Shown here: positions 12,865 through 26,099 of the stretch, piece after piece
How positions within the stretch are numbered: position 1 is the first letter of the stretch
Layout of the letters: the number at the start of each line of letters is the position of its first letter
NCBI RefSeq assembly: GCF_030144855.1
Contig: NC_082711.1
Span: 167,586,001 to 167,650,000, forward strand
DNA length: 64,000 nucleotides
Direction: 5' to 3'
From: Hypanus sabinus
Taxonomy: Eukaryota
Made by a program: the position numbers and the translations under genes
The notes under the pieces: model-generated
Databases searched by the model: none
Seen by the model: the letters and a program-made list of their open reading frames with translations, nothing else
Told to the model about the DNA's origin: nothing

Positions 12865-14157
12865 CTAGTTACTCCCCTCCTTCACATTATTTAAAACGGT
12901 GTCAGTTTCCATACATTCACAGCAACCTCCTTCATCCTTTCTTGTTCCCATCCACTCTATATGAATTACTAGACTACTTGTCCACTGGAGGAACAGAAGT
13001 GTCCTTTGGCCACATATTGGGAAGACCATGCTTGGAAAACCATTTTCTGGAAAATTGCATTTTTGCCACCTCGATGAGCATTTCTAAGCCTTTACTAAAT
13101 AGCACCCTGATCCCTGCCTCTTCAGCACCATCTGACTCTGCCCCTTCATCAGCTAATCTACTTCAGAAAACTACCTACCAGGTTTTGTGTTATTTGTGAC
13201 CTTCACTATCCTTGGCTGGATGTGTTCATTTTTCCCTTTGAGAATTTACATCTTGAACTCTGCTGCCCATGTCCAAACTCGTACAGGATTCCTGTTTCAT
13301 GCATCATGTGCATGGTGACCTCCTTGAGCTCACTTAAACAGTGAAATTTTAAAACTCCTCTTGTTTTTAAATCATCCCAAATTGTTATTCCTTCATGTCC
13401 CTCTTTGATCTCTCCCAATCTCTGGATCTCTAATCATTCCAATTAATTCCAGAGTTTAATCTCAGCACTAATGGCAATGTTGCTTTAAACTTTGGATTTT
13501 TATCCTAAATCCTATCTTTTTTCTGCCACTTTTGGTCCTCTTTAAAATTATTTGGCCAAGTGTTCTATCATGTATAATATCTCTGTCAGTTGCTGTTGAC
13601 CATTATTTAATGAAGTTTATCTGAAGTAATTCAGCATATTTTTTTGAATTTAAAGATGGCAGCTAAGTACAAGATTTTGTTTAAATAAAGTATAATATTA
13701 AATACAATGACATGAAAAGGTATATTGGGGTGGAGTTGGGATCATCTCCCTACTCCCTCCACTTCTGTATTGACCATAAGGTGGCAGTGATAGTTGCTAC
13801 AATTGGTCTGAATTGCATTGGATTAGAAAACAATTGGATAAGTTTTTTTTGTGTGTGGTTCAATTAAGGTAACCTAAACTGGAGTATAAGAATTGACTAT
13901 GGTTGTGGTCGTCCCCTTGTACAGTAGCCAATCACCAACCCTGGCTTGCTTTGCACTCCAGGAACACACCATAGCCATCAGTTGAATTCATATCTTTTGA
14001 ACAGCTTTTGAAAATAAGTAGTCCTAAAAAATGTGGGATTTTTAAAAAATCTTGTGATATTAATTGCTGCTGTTGTTTTACCTACATTGTACAATATGCA
14101 ATACAATTTTCTAATGTGCTGCTCACTGCAAGAAATTAGGGTCAATCAGTTCAACTT

Positions 14158-14455
14158 GGGTGGCTTGGCAGCACAATGGTTAGCACAACACTTTACAGTA
14201 TGAGTGACAAGGGTTCAATTCCCGCCACTACCTGTAAGAAGTTTGTACATTCTCCTTTGTGACTGTGTGGCTCTCTTCTGGGTGCTCCATTTTCCTCCCA
14301 CAGGCCAAAGACGTACCAGTTGGTAGGTTAATTGGTCATTGCAAATTGTTCCATTATTAGGTTAGGCAAGGGTTATACCAGGAGTTGCTGGGCAAGGCAG
14401 CTTGAAGGGCTGGAAGAGCCTATTCTGTGCTATATCTCAATAAATAAGCAATAAA
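14158..14455 (+). mobile_element. tRNA-derived V-SINE (HE1-like)
   Basis: A-box-like start, B box GGTTCAATTCC, V-domain GTTTGTACATTCTCC...GGGTGCTCC..TTTCCTCCCACAG.CCAAAGAC, AATAAA tail. Related copies near 18460-18730, 39855-40125 and 41700-41900. Confidence 0.8.
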
Positions 14456-14569
14456 AGCAATAGGAAATCACTTATTTAAAACATGCTACATTAATTTTAG
14501 TGTGCAAACCCTTCCTGAATTCATTGCACAATTCAATCATATTTACTTTTAAAATATTTTAATACATAA

Positions 14570-15125
14570 GAGCAAAGATGTAATGCGGAGGTTTTATAAG
14601 GCTTTGGTCAGCTCACACTCGGAGTATCATGAGCAGTTTTGGGCCTCTTATACAAAAGAAGATGTGCTGGCATTGGAAAAGGTCCAGAGCAGGTACACAA
14701 GAATGATGCTGGGAATGAAAGGTGTCTCTGAGCCTTTACTTGCTGGAGTTTAGAAGTCTGAGGAAGGGATCTTATTGAATATTGAATAATCTATTGAATA
14801 TTGAAAGGCCTAGTTGGAGTAGGTGTGGAAAGGATGTTCCCTATGATAGGGGAACCTTGGACCAGTCTCAGAATAGAAGAATATCCATCTACTACAGAGA
14901 TAAGAAGGAATTTCTTCAGCTAGAGGGTGGTGAATCTGTGGAATTCGTTGCCACAGATGGTTGTGAAGGCCAAGTTGTTGGGTATGTTTAAAGAAGAGGT
15001 TGATAGGTGGTTAATTAGTCAGGACGTCAAAGGTTATGGGGAGAAGGCAAGAGAATGGGATTGAGAACAATAATAAATCAGCCATGATGGGATGAATAGC
15101 CCAATTCTGCTCCTACATCTTATGG
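14570..15125 (+). mobile_element. CR1 3' fragment
   Basis: LYKALV..HSEY...W, LEKVQ, and the typical CR1 3' UTR. Same family at 24625-25190 and in tandem fragments at 52225-53135. Confidence 0.8.
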
Positions 15126-16318
15126 TTGTGAGGTAGAAATATAATGGGTTTTTTTTATTAGTGAATGTGAACTACAAGTTGATTCTCCTGTTGTGCAATC
15201 CTATCCCCTAACATTGATGTACTAAACTTCCTCTGCTCCATTTGATTTCTCCCTCTCTGGAATGAGGCCACTGATCAACATTCGGGATTATTGGTGTCTT
15301 TCTTTGGATTTTGGCCTTTCCTTACATTTGATTTCCTAACTTACCCTTTAGCAGAGCACATGGGATGTTAGCAGTGAAGGCATCTTTGGGACAATTCTTA
15401 GAATCGGGATCAGAATCAGGTTTTTATTATTTCTGACATATGCTATGAAATTTATTTTGTGACCAATTCAGTGCATTTTCTGTGGGTTGCTTAAGTTACA
15501 GTTATTAGTATTTAGTTAGTACCAGTTATTGTACTTCGATCAACAAAGAGTTGATAGTAGTCACTAGGACAACTACCTCCATGTGGAATAAGGTCTGAAG
15601 GGATAGTTTAGGGGACAGGACGGGGAGTTAGGCGTCAGGTTAAGGTTTAGGGACAGGGATAAGGGGGAGTTAGAGGTCAAGCTGGAGTCCAGCCTGAACC
15701 CTGCACAGTCAAAGGTTAGCGATCCCTGTAGACAGATGTTACGTTGGCAACCAATGTGGACGGAGACCAGTGACCCAGGTTGATGGGCTTTGGGGATGCT
15801 TGCTGGTGACTGCCCAGGGAGACAACTCCTCCACCAGGCTGGTGGGTCCAGGGATTGGAGGTCCATGCAGGCAGGAGGCATGAGGGCCAGTGGAACCCCC
15901 CCAGGTCAGTGAGTCATGATGTCAGAGGTCCTTGCGAGTCTAGAATTCAAGGCCTGAAGTTTGGGGGGTCCCAGTCACTGGCAAGTCTTGTGGTCCATAC
16001 CAAAGATCAGGGCTTGATGGTCAAAGCCTGGTCTGGAAGTCAGAGGACTGATGTCTGCAAATCCATGAATCTGCTGTAGGCAGCCTGTCCTGCCATTGGA
16101 GGCTTCTGTGTATGTGTGGGAGTGGGTGGGTGGGAGGGTAGAAGGGGACTCATATTGCTGCTGTTGTCTTGTTTCATGTTGTGTTGTTCTGTTCCACGTT
16201 GTGGGTATGCTATGTTGGTTCCGGAATGTGGGGATGATGCGTGCAGGTTGGCTGCAGCACATCCTTGGGTTGTGTTGTTAACACAAGTGCTACATTTCAC
16301 TGTACACGTTTTGATGGA

Positions 16319-17307
16319 TAGTGCTGTGCTGAAGTCTTCGATAAACAACACGCCCAAGACGTTTGCACAGTACTGTCGTAATTTTATGTATTGCATTGTA
16401 TTGTAGTCGCAAAAAAAAAGAAACAAATTTCATGACATGTGAGTGATGATAAACTTGATTCTGATATGGGTCTCTATTGTGCACTGAGAGTGGGAAGGGG
16501 GCAGGGAGAGGGGAATCATGGTTGGAAAAAGGGGCAGGGAGAGGGGAGGGAGTGGGAAGCATCAGAGAGACATTTTGTAATGATCAATTAACTAATTGTT
16601 CGAAATTGACTTTATTATGTATGTCCTTCATACACATGAGTAAAAATCTTTATCTCTGTCTAAATGTGCAATGTGCAATTTATAATATTATATACAACAG
16701 GATGGTCAATATAACATCAAAATACAGTTGTGTCAGCATGAATTAATCAGTCTGATGGCCTGGTGGAAGAAATTGTTGGTCCTGGCTTTTATGCTGCAGT
16801 ACCATTTCCCGGATGGTAGCAGCTGGAACAGTTTATGGTTGGGGTGACTCAGGTACCCAATGATCCTTCGGGCCCTTTTTACACACCTGTCTTTGTAAAT
16901 GTTCTGAATAGTGGGAAGATCACATCCACAGATGTGCTGGGCTGTCCGCACCACTCTCTGCAGAGTATAGTTCCCATACCAGGTAGTGATGCAGCCAGTA
17001 ATGATGCTCTCAATTGTACCCCTATAGAAAGTTCTTAGGATTTGGGGCCCATACCAAACTTCTTTAACTGCCTGAGGTCAAATGACCTTGCCTGGTGAAA
17101 CAGGGCTGGGTGCGTCTGCACTCTTGCCACCACCACCACCCCCTCTCCACCTGTCCCACACCCCTCCCATGGTGTTCCACCCTCATTATTCCCAACATCC
17201 TTTGCCCCCACCAGATTTCCATACTCGCTCTCAGCTCCACGTTGACAAACACGGTACTGTGCAAAGGTCTTGGGCACCCTAGCTATATATTTATGTGCAC
17301 AGTACTG
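16319..17307. mobile_element. Composite Tc1-type non-autonomous element, copy 1, with a nested Rex fragment (about 16600-17080)
   Basis: A mini-hairpin of TIR CAGTACTGTGCAAAAGTCTTAGGCAC type at each end; internal sequence shared with 21618-22099. Confidence 0.75.
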
Positions 17308-18794
17308 TACATGTGATACATAAATGAATCCAAAATAACTGATTTTCCCTATCCTCCAGCAAGAATCAGTGCAGAGCGTAAGCAGGAGGGCATTCCTAAA
17401 GTAAAGCAAAATTGTCCAACTAACTAAGACATGGGAGCTAGGGCACAGAGGCAATGATAGGCCAACCTTTGATTACCTGACATTCTTATTCAGGTCCGTA
17501 AAGCCGTGTTGTGGAATTAGCTTATCTTGATGCTAACCTGGCGCTGGAATCGTGATAGTCTTTGTAATAGTCGTGATTGTGCAACTCTTTAGTGCTTCTG
17601 TATTTGTGAATAAACCATCCCTTCAACCGGAATCAGATTTAGCACCACAGAAGATGGCTGCTTTTCCTTTTATTTCTCTTCTACCTTTTGTGCTTTTATA
17701 TCTGATTAGATTGCTTGGCTCTATCAGTCTAACAGGACATCTGGGATAGCAATACTGTAACAATTTAAATGCTGAAGAAGACGAGGAACTGCAGCTTTCC
17801 CATTAGGAATGTATTCACTTCCCTCTGCCTTTTCTTGGGCTCAGGTTTAATCACTGGCTGCCATCACCAAGCTGTGGAAACCTGATTTCATCCCATCAAT
17901 AATTGCTCAGTTGATGGTGCTTTCACCCCTGGAGCCTGTCAATTCTGTGTTCAAGTCCCAGTCCAGAGATTTGAGATGAGCAAATGCATGTGCATGGATA
18001 GTTTTTAATGACAGATGTTTCTGAACGACACTGTAAATGATGCCATCTCTTTACCACACAGATATAAAAGATAATACACAGTAAAAATTTTTATGTATCT
18101 TATTTCATGGTTGAGAAAGATTCTGTAATGCAGACATGGCAAATATTGGCCAAGTTCATCTCCCACTTGATCTCAGGCATTGCACAGTATGCATTATTTA
18201 TTACAGTTCAAGATAACTGTAAGTAGGTCTTTATAGAAAGGATGTGGCTCTGCAGATGCTGGGTGTTCAGTTGTATTATTCCGAGCTGAATGATTTTTCC
18301 TTGTGCCTGCAGTCAAGCAAGAAAAAAGCATGTGCCTCTGATTCAGAGTGAATGCATTAGTGACAGTTCACCGAGGCTTCATTCATTTGCACAGAAAACT
18401 TCTCGATGCTTTAGCTGTTCTGTGACTTCAAGTTTTATCCGCCAGCATGACTTTGCAGTATCCTGTAGCAGCTAGAGTAATACTATAAAAGTGCCTGCCA
18501 TCACTGATCAGGGTTCAATTCCCACTGCTGCCTGTAAGGAGTTTGTGCAATCTCCCCGTAACCATTTCCTCTGTCATTCCAAAGACGTTCGGTTCGGGTT
18601 AGTGAGTTATGGACAGGTGCATAAAGAATGGCTACACCTGCCTGATGCCCAGCACAATCCTCACTGATTTGATGCAAAATATCCCTTTCACTGTATGTTT
18701 TGATGTGCATGTGGCAAATAAAGCTGATCTTTGGATACAACTGAAACTTGTTCAGCAAACAAAATGTTGTTATTTTAATGGCTTATATTCTGTC

Positions 18795-19262
18795 TAGATC
18801 AACACCTCGTATTCCTTCTAGGTAGCTTCCAATCACATGGTTTCAACATTGATTTCTCCAACTTCTGGTAAAATACTATCCCTGCTCCACCTTCCTCATT
18901 CTTCATTTCCCCACTCTGGCCTTTTTTCCTCTTCTCCTCAACTGCCTATCACCTACCCCTAGTGCCCTTCCTCCTTCCCTTTCTCCCATGGTCTCATCAG
19001 ATTCCTTCTTCTCCAGCCCTTTACCTTTTCTGCCAGTCTTATTTCATCCCCATCCCCCCCCCCCCCACACTCATCTGGCTTCACCTATCACCATTTATCT
19101 TGTTCTCATTCCCCTTCCCCCACTTTATTCTGGCATCTTTCCCCATTTTTTTTTTTCCTAGTCTTGATGAAGGATCTCGACCTGAAACTTCTGTCCTGTA
19201 TTAATTTCCATTGATGCTGCCAGACCTGCCAGCTTTCTCCAGCATTTTGTGTGTGTTGCTTT
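18795..19262 (+). mobile_element. Penelope-like element 3' fragment with hammerhead-type pLTR
   Basis: QHLVFLLGSFQSHGFNIDFSNF GIY-YIG tail, pyrimidine-rich UTR, TTGATGAAGGATCTCGACCTGAAAC. Confidence 0.8.
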
Positions 19263-20496
19263 AATAGCTGGTGGGTCTTTCCTACAACACTGCCAAAGCA
19301 AGTCAAAATCCTATTTGACCAGTTAGGGCATTGTTGCTGAGATTCAGTTTGTGACTATTAACCAACGGTTCAGAGTAAATGCAACTGTCCAGAGTGGAAC
19401 TGTACATGGAGCAACTTCATGTACAATGGGCCTATGGTTCGGGTGTAAGATGCTTTGACTGAGAAAAGGAAATAAGCTGTACTTTTTGTTTTCATTCATT
19501 ACATTGAAATTGGAATTCATGTAGCACTATATAAACCCAAATGGAGATTTATTCTTCTAAGGGAAAATTTAATGGCTGAGTGCATTAGATGGATCCCAGT
19601 TACATCTGTACATTAACGATCCATTAATCATCAGAAATTGATGTTTGCTACATGCACTTTCCCTTGTGGATTTTACCCAAGCCATTGCATTTTATTGTAA
19701 AAAGAATTATTTTGCTGATCCCTTCAAATCATCATTCTTGTTCTGATATGATTAACGTTAGCATGTGAAGGGTCTTCTAACTTTTTCAGAGCTCTAATGG
19801 TTCATTCCCTTGGTCTGTTCCTATGACTTTGTTGCAAGTCTTTCACATTTAGATCAGATGGCCGTGGACCCAGTTCCCACTCTATGACTGCCTCCAGGAA
19901 GCCACATTGACTCTGAGTCCAAAATAGATAATGTTGAATCAAATGTTCATTATTTATCTCTCCTGTGCTATTTATAATCTTATGCCATTTGTTTTGCTTT
20001 CATACCCAAAGTCCAAAGAGGAAAAAAATCTTTGGTAAAATATGTATAGAAGAATATTGATTGCCAGCTATATTCTCCTCCAGATGTTTGAAATCAGTGG
20101 AATCCACACTCAGAAGCAAGTATATCTGCCAGCCAATGCCACCACACCCACCACCCCTACCCTTCCACAGAAAGCCCAAAGATGAATTTGTCCACCAAAA
20201 TTAGTTTCTATAACCGAACTGTGGTCAGGTGCATGCACAAGACAGTATCAAGCAGGAACATGTTTCTTCCCACAATCAAAAAAATTACTATTGATTATAC
20301 ACCCATGAACAGATGTTCACCCCAAAAAATATCAGGAGGAACCATATTAAATGGCTGTAAGTTTATACTCCTGCTCCTGGTTGTGATGTGGCAATGAGGG
20401 AGAGTTGTGTTTTGTGGAGATGCTGTTCTTCTGTCGGCCTGTTGAATGGGATTGGTGTTGAAGCTCTCTTGGCTCAACGTGAAGAGACACAATGTG

Positions 20497-21030
20497 ATCA
20501 ACACACAGAAGATGCTGGAAGAACTCAACAGGCCAGGTAGCATCAGTGGGAAAGGAATACAGCTGATGTTTCAGGCTGAGACCCTTAATCGGGCCTGGGG
20601 ATAAAAAAAGATGAGGAGTCAGAGTAAGAAATTGGAGGGAAGGAAGGAAGAACTGCAAGGTGACAGGTGAAACCAGGAGGGGTGAAATAAAGAACTGGTA
20701 AGTCAATTGGTGAAAGAGATTCAGGGTTGGAGAAGGGGGAATATGATAGGAGAGGACAGAAGACCTTGGAGAAAAGAAAAAGAGGGAAGCACCAGAGGGA
20801 GGCAGATAGGGAGATGAGGTGAGAGAGGGAAATGGGAATGGTGAAGGGGGTGGCATTAACAGTAGTTTGAGAAATTGATGTCTGTGCCATCAGGTTGGAG
20901 GCTACCCAGATGGAATATAAAGTGTTGCTCCTCCAACCTGAGTGTGGCCTCAACGTGACAGTAGAGGAGACCATAGATTTACACATGGGAATGGGAAATG
21001 GAATTAAAATGGATGACCACTGGGACTGAC
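20497..21030 (-). mobile_element. Penelope-like element 3' fragment
   Basis: LRLEEQH.IFHLGSLQPDG on the minus strand; degenerate hammerhead at about 20562-20595. Confidence 0.82.
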
Positions 21031-21617
21031 ATGTTTGATTGTGAAGTGGAATTAAAATGCCACTAGGGACAGTCAGCATAGCTTTGTGAGTGGCAGGTCT
21101 TGCCTCATGACCTAGAATTTTTCAAGGAGATGACAGAAGAAATTGAAGGTAGAGTAGTGGATGTGGTGTACTTTTATTTTTAGTAAGGCACGTGAAGGTC
21201 ATGAGGCATGGGAGCTGTGGAAATGTGACTGCGGATTCAGAATTGTTTAAATATCTTACATAAAACCTAAAAAAAATAATTCAGCATTGTAGACTTGTTC
21301 TGGTATTAGATTTTCATCTGCGACGATCTTGGCAAACTCATCAATAAATCTCTGTTTTGTGATCAGCAGATATTTTAAAAATGTAATACCATGCCTTTTC
21401 TTAAATTTCTACAACTAGCCTGCTGTATATCCACATTTACCTTCAATTTTCTGTTTGTTGTGATAGATCTTTGCTTGTTTCATGATCAGCATACCATCAA
21501 GTAGCATATGTTTGCTCCAACATTGATGAATCCACTCTTTAAATACTCAATCGAGATCTTCACACTTCACCTTATGTGGTATTTTAATATTGTTCATTAA
21601 CATCTGTTCATTACATA

Positions 21618-22099
21618 CAGTACTGTACCAAAGTCTTAGGCACATATAGTTAGGATGCCTAAGAATTTTGTATAGTACTGTAGTGATTTTATGTATTACA
21701 CTGTATCACTGCCACAAAAAACAGATTTCATGATATGTGAGTGATGATAAACCTGATTCTAATATGGGTTTCTGTTGTGGAGAGTGGGAAGGGGGCATGG
21801 TTGTGAAAAGGGGAAGGGAGCAGGAAGAAACGTTCTGTAATGATCAATAAACCAATTGTTTGGAATCAATTAACCTTGCTTGATATTTCAGAGCTGGGTG
21901 TGTCTGCACCCATGCCAACTCCCCCACCCCTGCACCTGGCACTCCTTTGCCACCAATCATACACTCCATCCATGGCACTCACCTTTCCCAATGTCCTTTG
22001 CTCCTGCCAGATTTATAAGCTTGCTCTCTGCTCCACATTGACAAATATAGTGCTGTTCAAAGGTCTTAGGCACTCTATTTATATAAAGAGTCTTGCACA
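21618..22099. mobile_element. Composite Tc1-type non-autonomous element, copy 2
   Basis: Left palindromic unit 21618-21680 flanked by TA; right unit 22048-22099; same cargo as copy 1. Confidence 0.75.
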
Positions 22100-23782
22100 T
22101 CACCTGGGAATCTTCCCAGTGCCTTGTGGAATTTTCCATTTGTGACACCATGTCAGCACTAAAAAAAACAATTTCAGAGGTTTTTGGATGTTGAGTTTTC
22201 AGATAATGGATACTCAACCTGTACTACCTCAAAAGGCTGCTCCTGTCTGAAGCAATTTAAAAATAAAATCATCATATCCACAATTTTACATCTACTAAGT
22301 GTGAAACTATTGTGTGAATTGTCTCGGTTAAAACCTATTAAACAAAGGCAAAGATTCCCTACCCCGAAGGCTTCGGGTTACGTAGAACCTGTCACATTTA
22401 TACTTTGAAATCATGTGGCATCAGTAGAGCTTTTCAAAGGTCAAGCACAAGGCTTTCCACTAATTGAGAATATGTTCCTTAATGGTCTTTGTTTCCCTTT
22501 CTGAGTGGAAGCACCAATTTATTGTCAATTATATACTGAATGATGGCTCTTTATATGCGGAGTCTAATCTATGAGGAACTGTAAAGATACTTGCATCTTT
22601 CAGAGAAAGAATGTCATCATCTCAGTGGTCTGGGCTGCATTCGAGTCTTTCTGCCAACAGTAAAAAAAGAACAGGTTGTTCTAAGTCATGGACTCACAAC
22701 CACCACTCAGTTGAAGTAATTCAGTCACATTGATCTGTGATTTCAATGCAGTTGTTTTCAGAAAGCAGAAGGGTGCATTTTCAGTGCAATTACTTCACGT
22801 TGAGTAACTAATAGGGAACAGTGAAGATGCTGTGTATTCACTAAAATCAGAAGACATAGAAGTGGAAATAGGCCATTCAGCCCATCAAATCTACTCTGCT
22901 ATTCAATTATGGCTGATTTATTCTCCTCCTCAACTCATTTTCTTGCCTTCTCCCCATAGCTTTAATGCCCTCATTAATCAAGAACCTATAAATCTCTGCT
23001 TTGAATATACCCAATGACTTGCCTTCCACAGATTCACCAACCTCCCCATTCTATAGCATCATCCTTCTATTTTGCCGCTGTGCCTTTTGGTCAAAGACTC
23101 TTCCACTGTAGGAAACATCCTCTCTGTGTCCAATCTATCTAGGCCTTTGAATATTCAAACAGATTTCAATAAGATCTCCCTTCTCCTTTCAATGGCCCAG
23201 AGCAATCAAACGCTCCTCTGTTTTTACTCTTCCTGCTATGTGTTTGACTCTCACCGGCCTTGAGACAATATAGACCAAGAAATGACCACTACCCTTTAAG
23301 GGTTGTCGCTGTCCAAAGCAATTTAAAATTAAAATCATCCTATCTACAATTTTACATCCACTAAGTGTGAAACTATTGTGTGAGTTGAGCAGGTTTTTGT
23401 ACTGTCCTCTATGAAGATGACATTTGCTTGGGCAATGAGTTTCCCCAAGTAACTGCAGAGAGCCAATTTCCCCACAGAAAGATCCCATAGAGAGCAAGGT
23501 GATGAGTGACTAGATAATTGGCTTTAATATTGTTGGCTCACCTGTCAATAGTGACCAAAGTATTGTGAGAACCACAAGTTTCTACTGTACCTGAAATTGT
23601 GCTTAGTATCTCATTTTCTCTAAGTACGTGTCTAAGAGGTGTTAATGAAAACCTCCAGTAGTGAATGATGCTTTCCAAGATTGCATTTGCATCAAGCCAC
23701 CAACAGGACTAAACCAGCAGTAAGAACATAAGAATAGGAACAGGAGTAGATCTAAAATCAAGACATCCAGAGCCAGCCATCC

Positions 23783-24335
23783 ACACAAATGCTGGAGGAA
23801 CTCAGCAGCCCAGGCATGGTCTTATGGAAATGAATAAACAATTGATGTTTCAGGCTGAGACCCCTCAGGAATGGAAAGAAAGGGGGAAGATGCCAGAATA
23901 AAGAATTGGGGGAAGGGAAGGAGGGTAGCTAGACAGTGATAGGTGAAGCCAGGTGGGTAGGAAAGTTAAAGGGCTGCAGGAGGTGGAATCTTAAAGGAAA
24001 GCAGAGTAGACCATAGGAGAAAGGAAAAGAGGAGAGGAGGTTGGGGGGGGGTGATAGGCAGGTGAGAAAAGTTGAGGCCAGAGTGAGAACTGGAAGGGGG
24101 AGGAGCTTTTTTAACTGGAGGAGAAATGGATATTCATGCCATCAGGTTGGAGACTACCCAGATGGATTATAAGGTGTTGCTCCTCCACCGTGAGGGATGC
24201 TTCATTGTGGCATAAAAGGAGGCCATGGACCAACATGTTGAAATGGGAATGTGAATCGGAATTAAAGCGTTTGGCTACCAGGAAGTTACACTTTTGGTGG
24301 ATGGAGCAGAGGTGCTCAGTGAAGCCGTCCCCCAG
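23783..24335 (-). mobile_element. Penelope-like element 3' fragment
   Basis: ORF 24111-24371 reads GDGFTEHL...VAKRFNSDSH...EEQHLIIHLGSLQPDGMNIHF. Confidence 0.85.
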
Positions 24336-25224
24336 GAGTAGATCTAGCCCTTCCAGCTGCTCACCATTCACTAAGATTATGGCTGATTATCTGCCCGAGA
24401 GCCATTTTCTAGCATTATTGCTGTATCCTTTAATTCTCTCAATACCCCAGAATCCAGTGATCGCTCTTTTGAATGAGCATGACTGAATATCTAAGTACAC
24501 TTTCCACACTGAACTTGTGGAGGGCGGAGATTCATGTCCAGGTCCTTGATACAGGAGCATACAACATGAGTGTGAATGTCATTCATAGATGTATACACCT
24601 GTTAGAATTCTGTCTGGATGAGCTATAATGAAGCTTGGACAAACTGCACTTGGAGTACTGTAAGCAGTTGAGGCCCTTTATCTAAGAAAGAATGTGCTGG
24701 CATTGGAGAGGGTCCAAAGGATGATCCCAGGAATGAAAGTATTAGTATATGAGGAGCATTTTCATGGCTAGGGGCATGTGCTCATCGGAACTTAGAAGAT
24801 TGGAGTGGGGGGGGGGGAGATCTTATTGAAATGTATCAAATATTGAAAAGCCTTGATAGGGTGAACATGGAGAGAAGGCTTCCTATAGTGAAGGACTCTA
24901 GGACCAGAAGGCAGAGCCTCAAAATACAAGGACGTCCCTTTAACACAAAAATGAGGAGGAATTTCTTTAGATAGAGGGTAAATCTGTGGAATTCATTGAC
25001 CCAGATGACTGAGAAGGCTAAGTCATTGGTTATATTTAAGGCAGAGGTTGATAGCTTCTTGATTAGTAAAGGTGTCAAAGGTTATGGGGAGAAGGCAGGA
25101 GAATGGGGTTGAGAGGGATAATAAATCAGCCATGACAGAATGGTAGAGCTGACTTGATGGGCTGAATGGCCTAATTCTGCTCCTTTGTCATCCCTTCAAA
25201 GTAAAATTATTATCCAAGTATGTA

Positions 25225-25617
25225 CAGTATTTTGCAAAAGTCTTAGCCACATATAAAGAACACTTCTGCAAAGCCAAGATCTTTTCAAAAATAATGAAAT
25301 GAAAAGCTTCTAAATATTAAAAAATACTATAAAGATCAGTAAACAGTGAAATAAAACTAAATCAAATCAATATTTAGTGTGACCACCCTTTGCCTTTTAA
25401 ACTGCATCAATTCTCTCAGGTAGACTGTCATGCAGTTTTACAAGAAAATCAACTGGTAGGTTGTTTCAAGCATCTTGGAGAGCTTGCCACAGTTCTTCTG
25501 CCAACTTTGGCTGTCCTGCTTGCTTCTTTCTCTCCAGGTAATCCTCGATGATGTTGAGATCGGGGCTCTGTGGAGGCCGTACCATTCTACTGTGCCTAAG
25601 ATTTTTGCACAGGTTTG
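25225..25617. mobile_element. Internally deleted Tc1 element of the same TIR family
   Basis: TA-CAGTATTTTGCAAAAGTCTTAGCCAC ... GTGCCTAAGATTTTTGCACAG..G-TA; minus-strand transposase relic (WPPQSPDLNIIE-like at 25545-25580). Confidence 0.78.
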
Positions 25618-25824
25618 TATATGTCACCATATACAAGTTCAAGTTTAATTGTCATTGACCCATACATGAATACAGCCAAAACAAAACGGTGTTCCTCTGG
25701 AACCAACGTGCAAAACACAGTTCAACAGTTATCTACAACACAAGGCACATTTAGAACATATAATTGCACTGTCCTGAAATCCATTTTCTTGTGGTCATTC
25801 ACAATAGAAATTGTTTTATGGGCA

Positions 25825-26059
25825 TGTGGCGACCCATTTCCTGGCACATCCGAACCGGCTCACAATTAGCCAGCGTTCTGGCTAAGGGAGATAGCCTGCG
25901 GGGATTTGCGAGCACAGAGCTTTGGAGCCTCTGCGCCACGGGGGGCAGGTTGAGGGAGGCTTAAAAGTGAGGCTGAGGATTTCGAATAAAGTTTTTCCTT
26001 CGACTGCAGTCACCGACTCCATGTCGTAATTTTAGCGCTGCATGTAGCACACCGCTACA
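25825..26059 (+). repeat. 5' LTR
   Basis: TGTGGCG...CGCTACA; 6 mismatches to the 3' LTR by manual comparison (about 97.4%); TTAAAA 25961-25966, AATAAA 25985-25990. Confidence 0.97.
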
Positions 26060-26061
26060 AT

Positions 26062-26071
26062 TGGTGACCCC
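26062..26071 (+). other. Primer binding site, tRNA-Trp
   Basis: TGGTGACCCC just after the 5' LTR, complementary to the 3' end of tRNA-Trp (GGGGUCACCA). Confidence 0.88.
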
Positions 26072-26099
26072 AATGGTCCAAACGATTTTTGGACCAGAA

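Noticed and set aside
13772-13790. CTCF-like motif CCATAAGGTGGCAG
   Set aside because: Two core mismatches; indistinguishable from chance without ChIP data.
14158-14230. tRNA gene
   Set aside because: A SINE head with a degenerate cloverleaf, followed by a V-domain.
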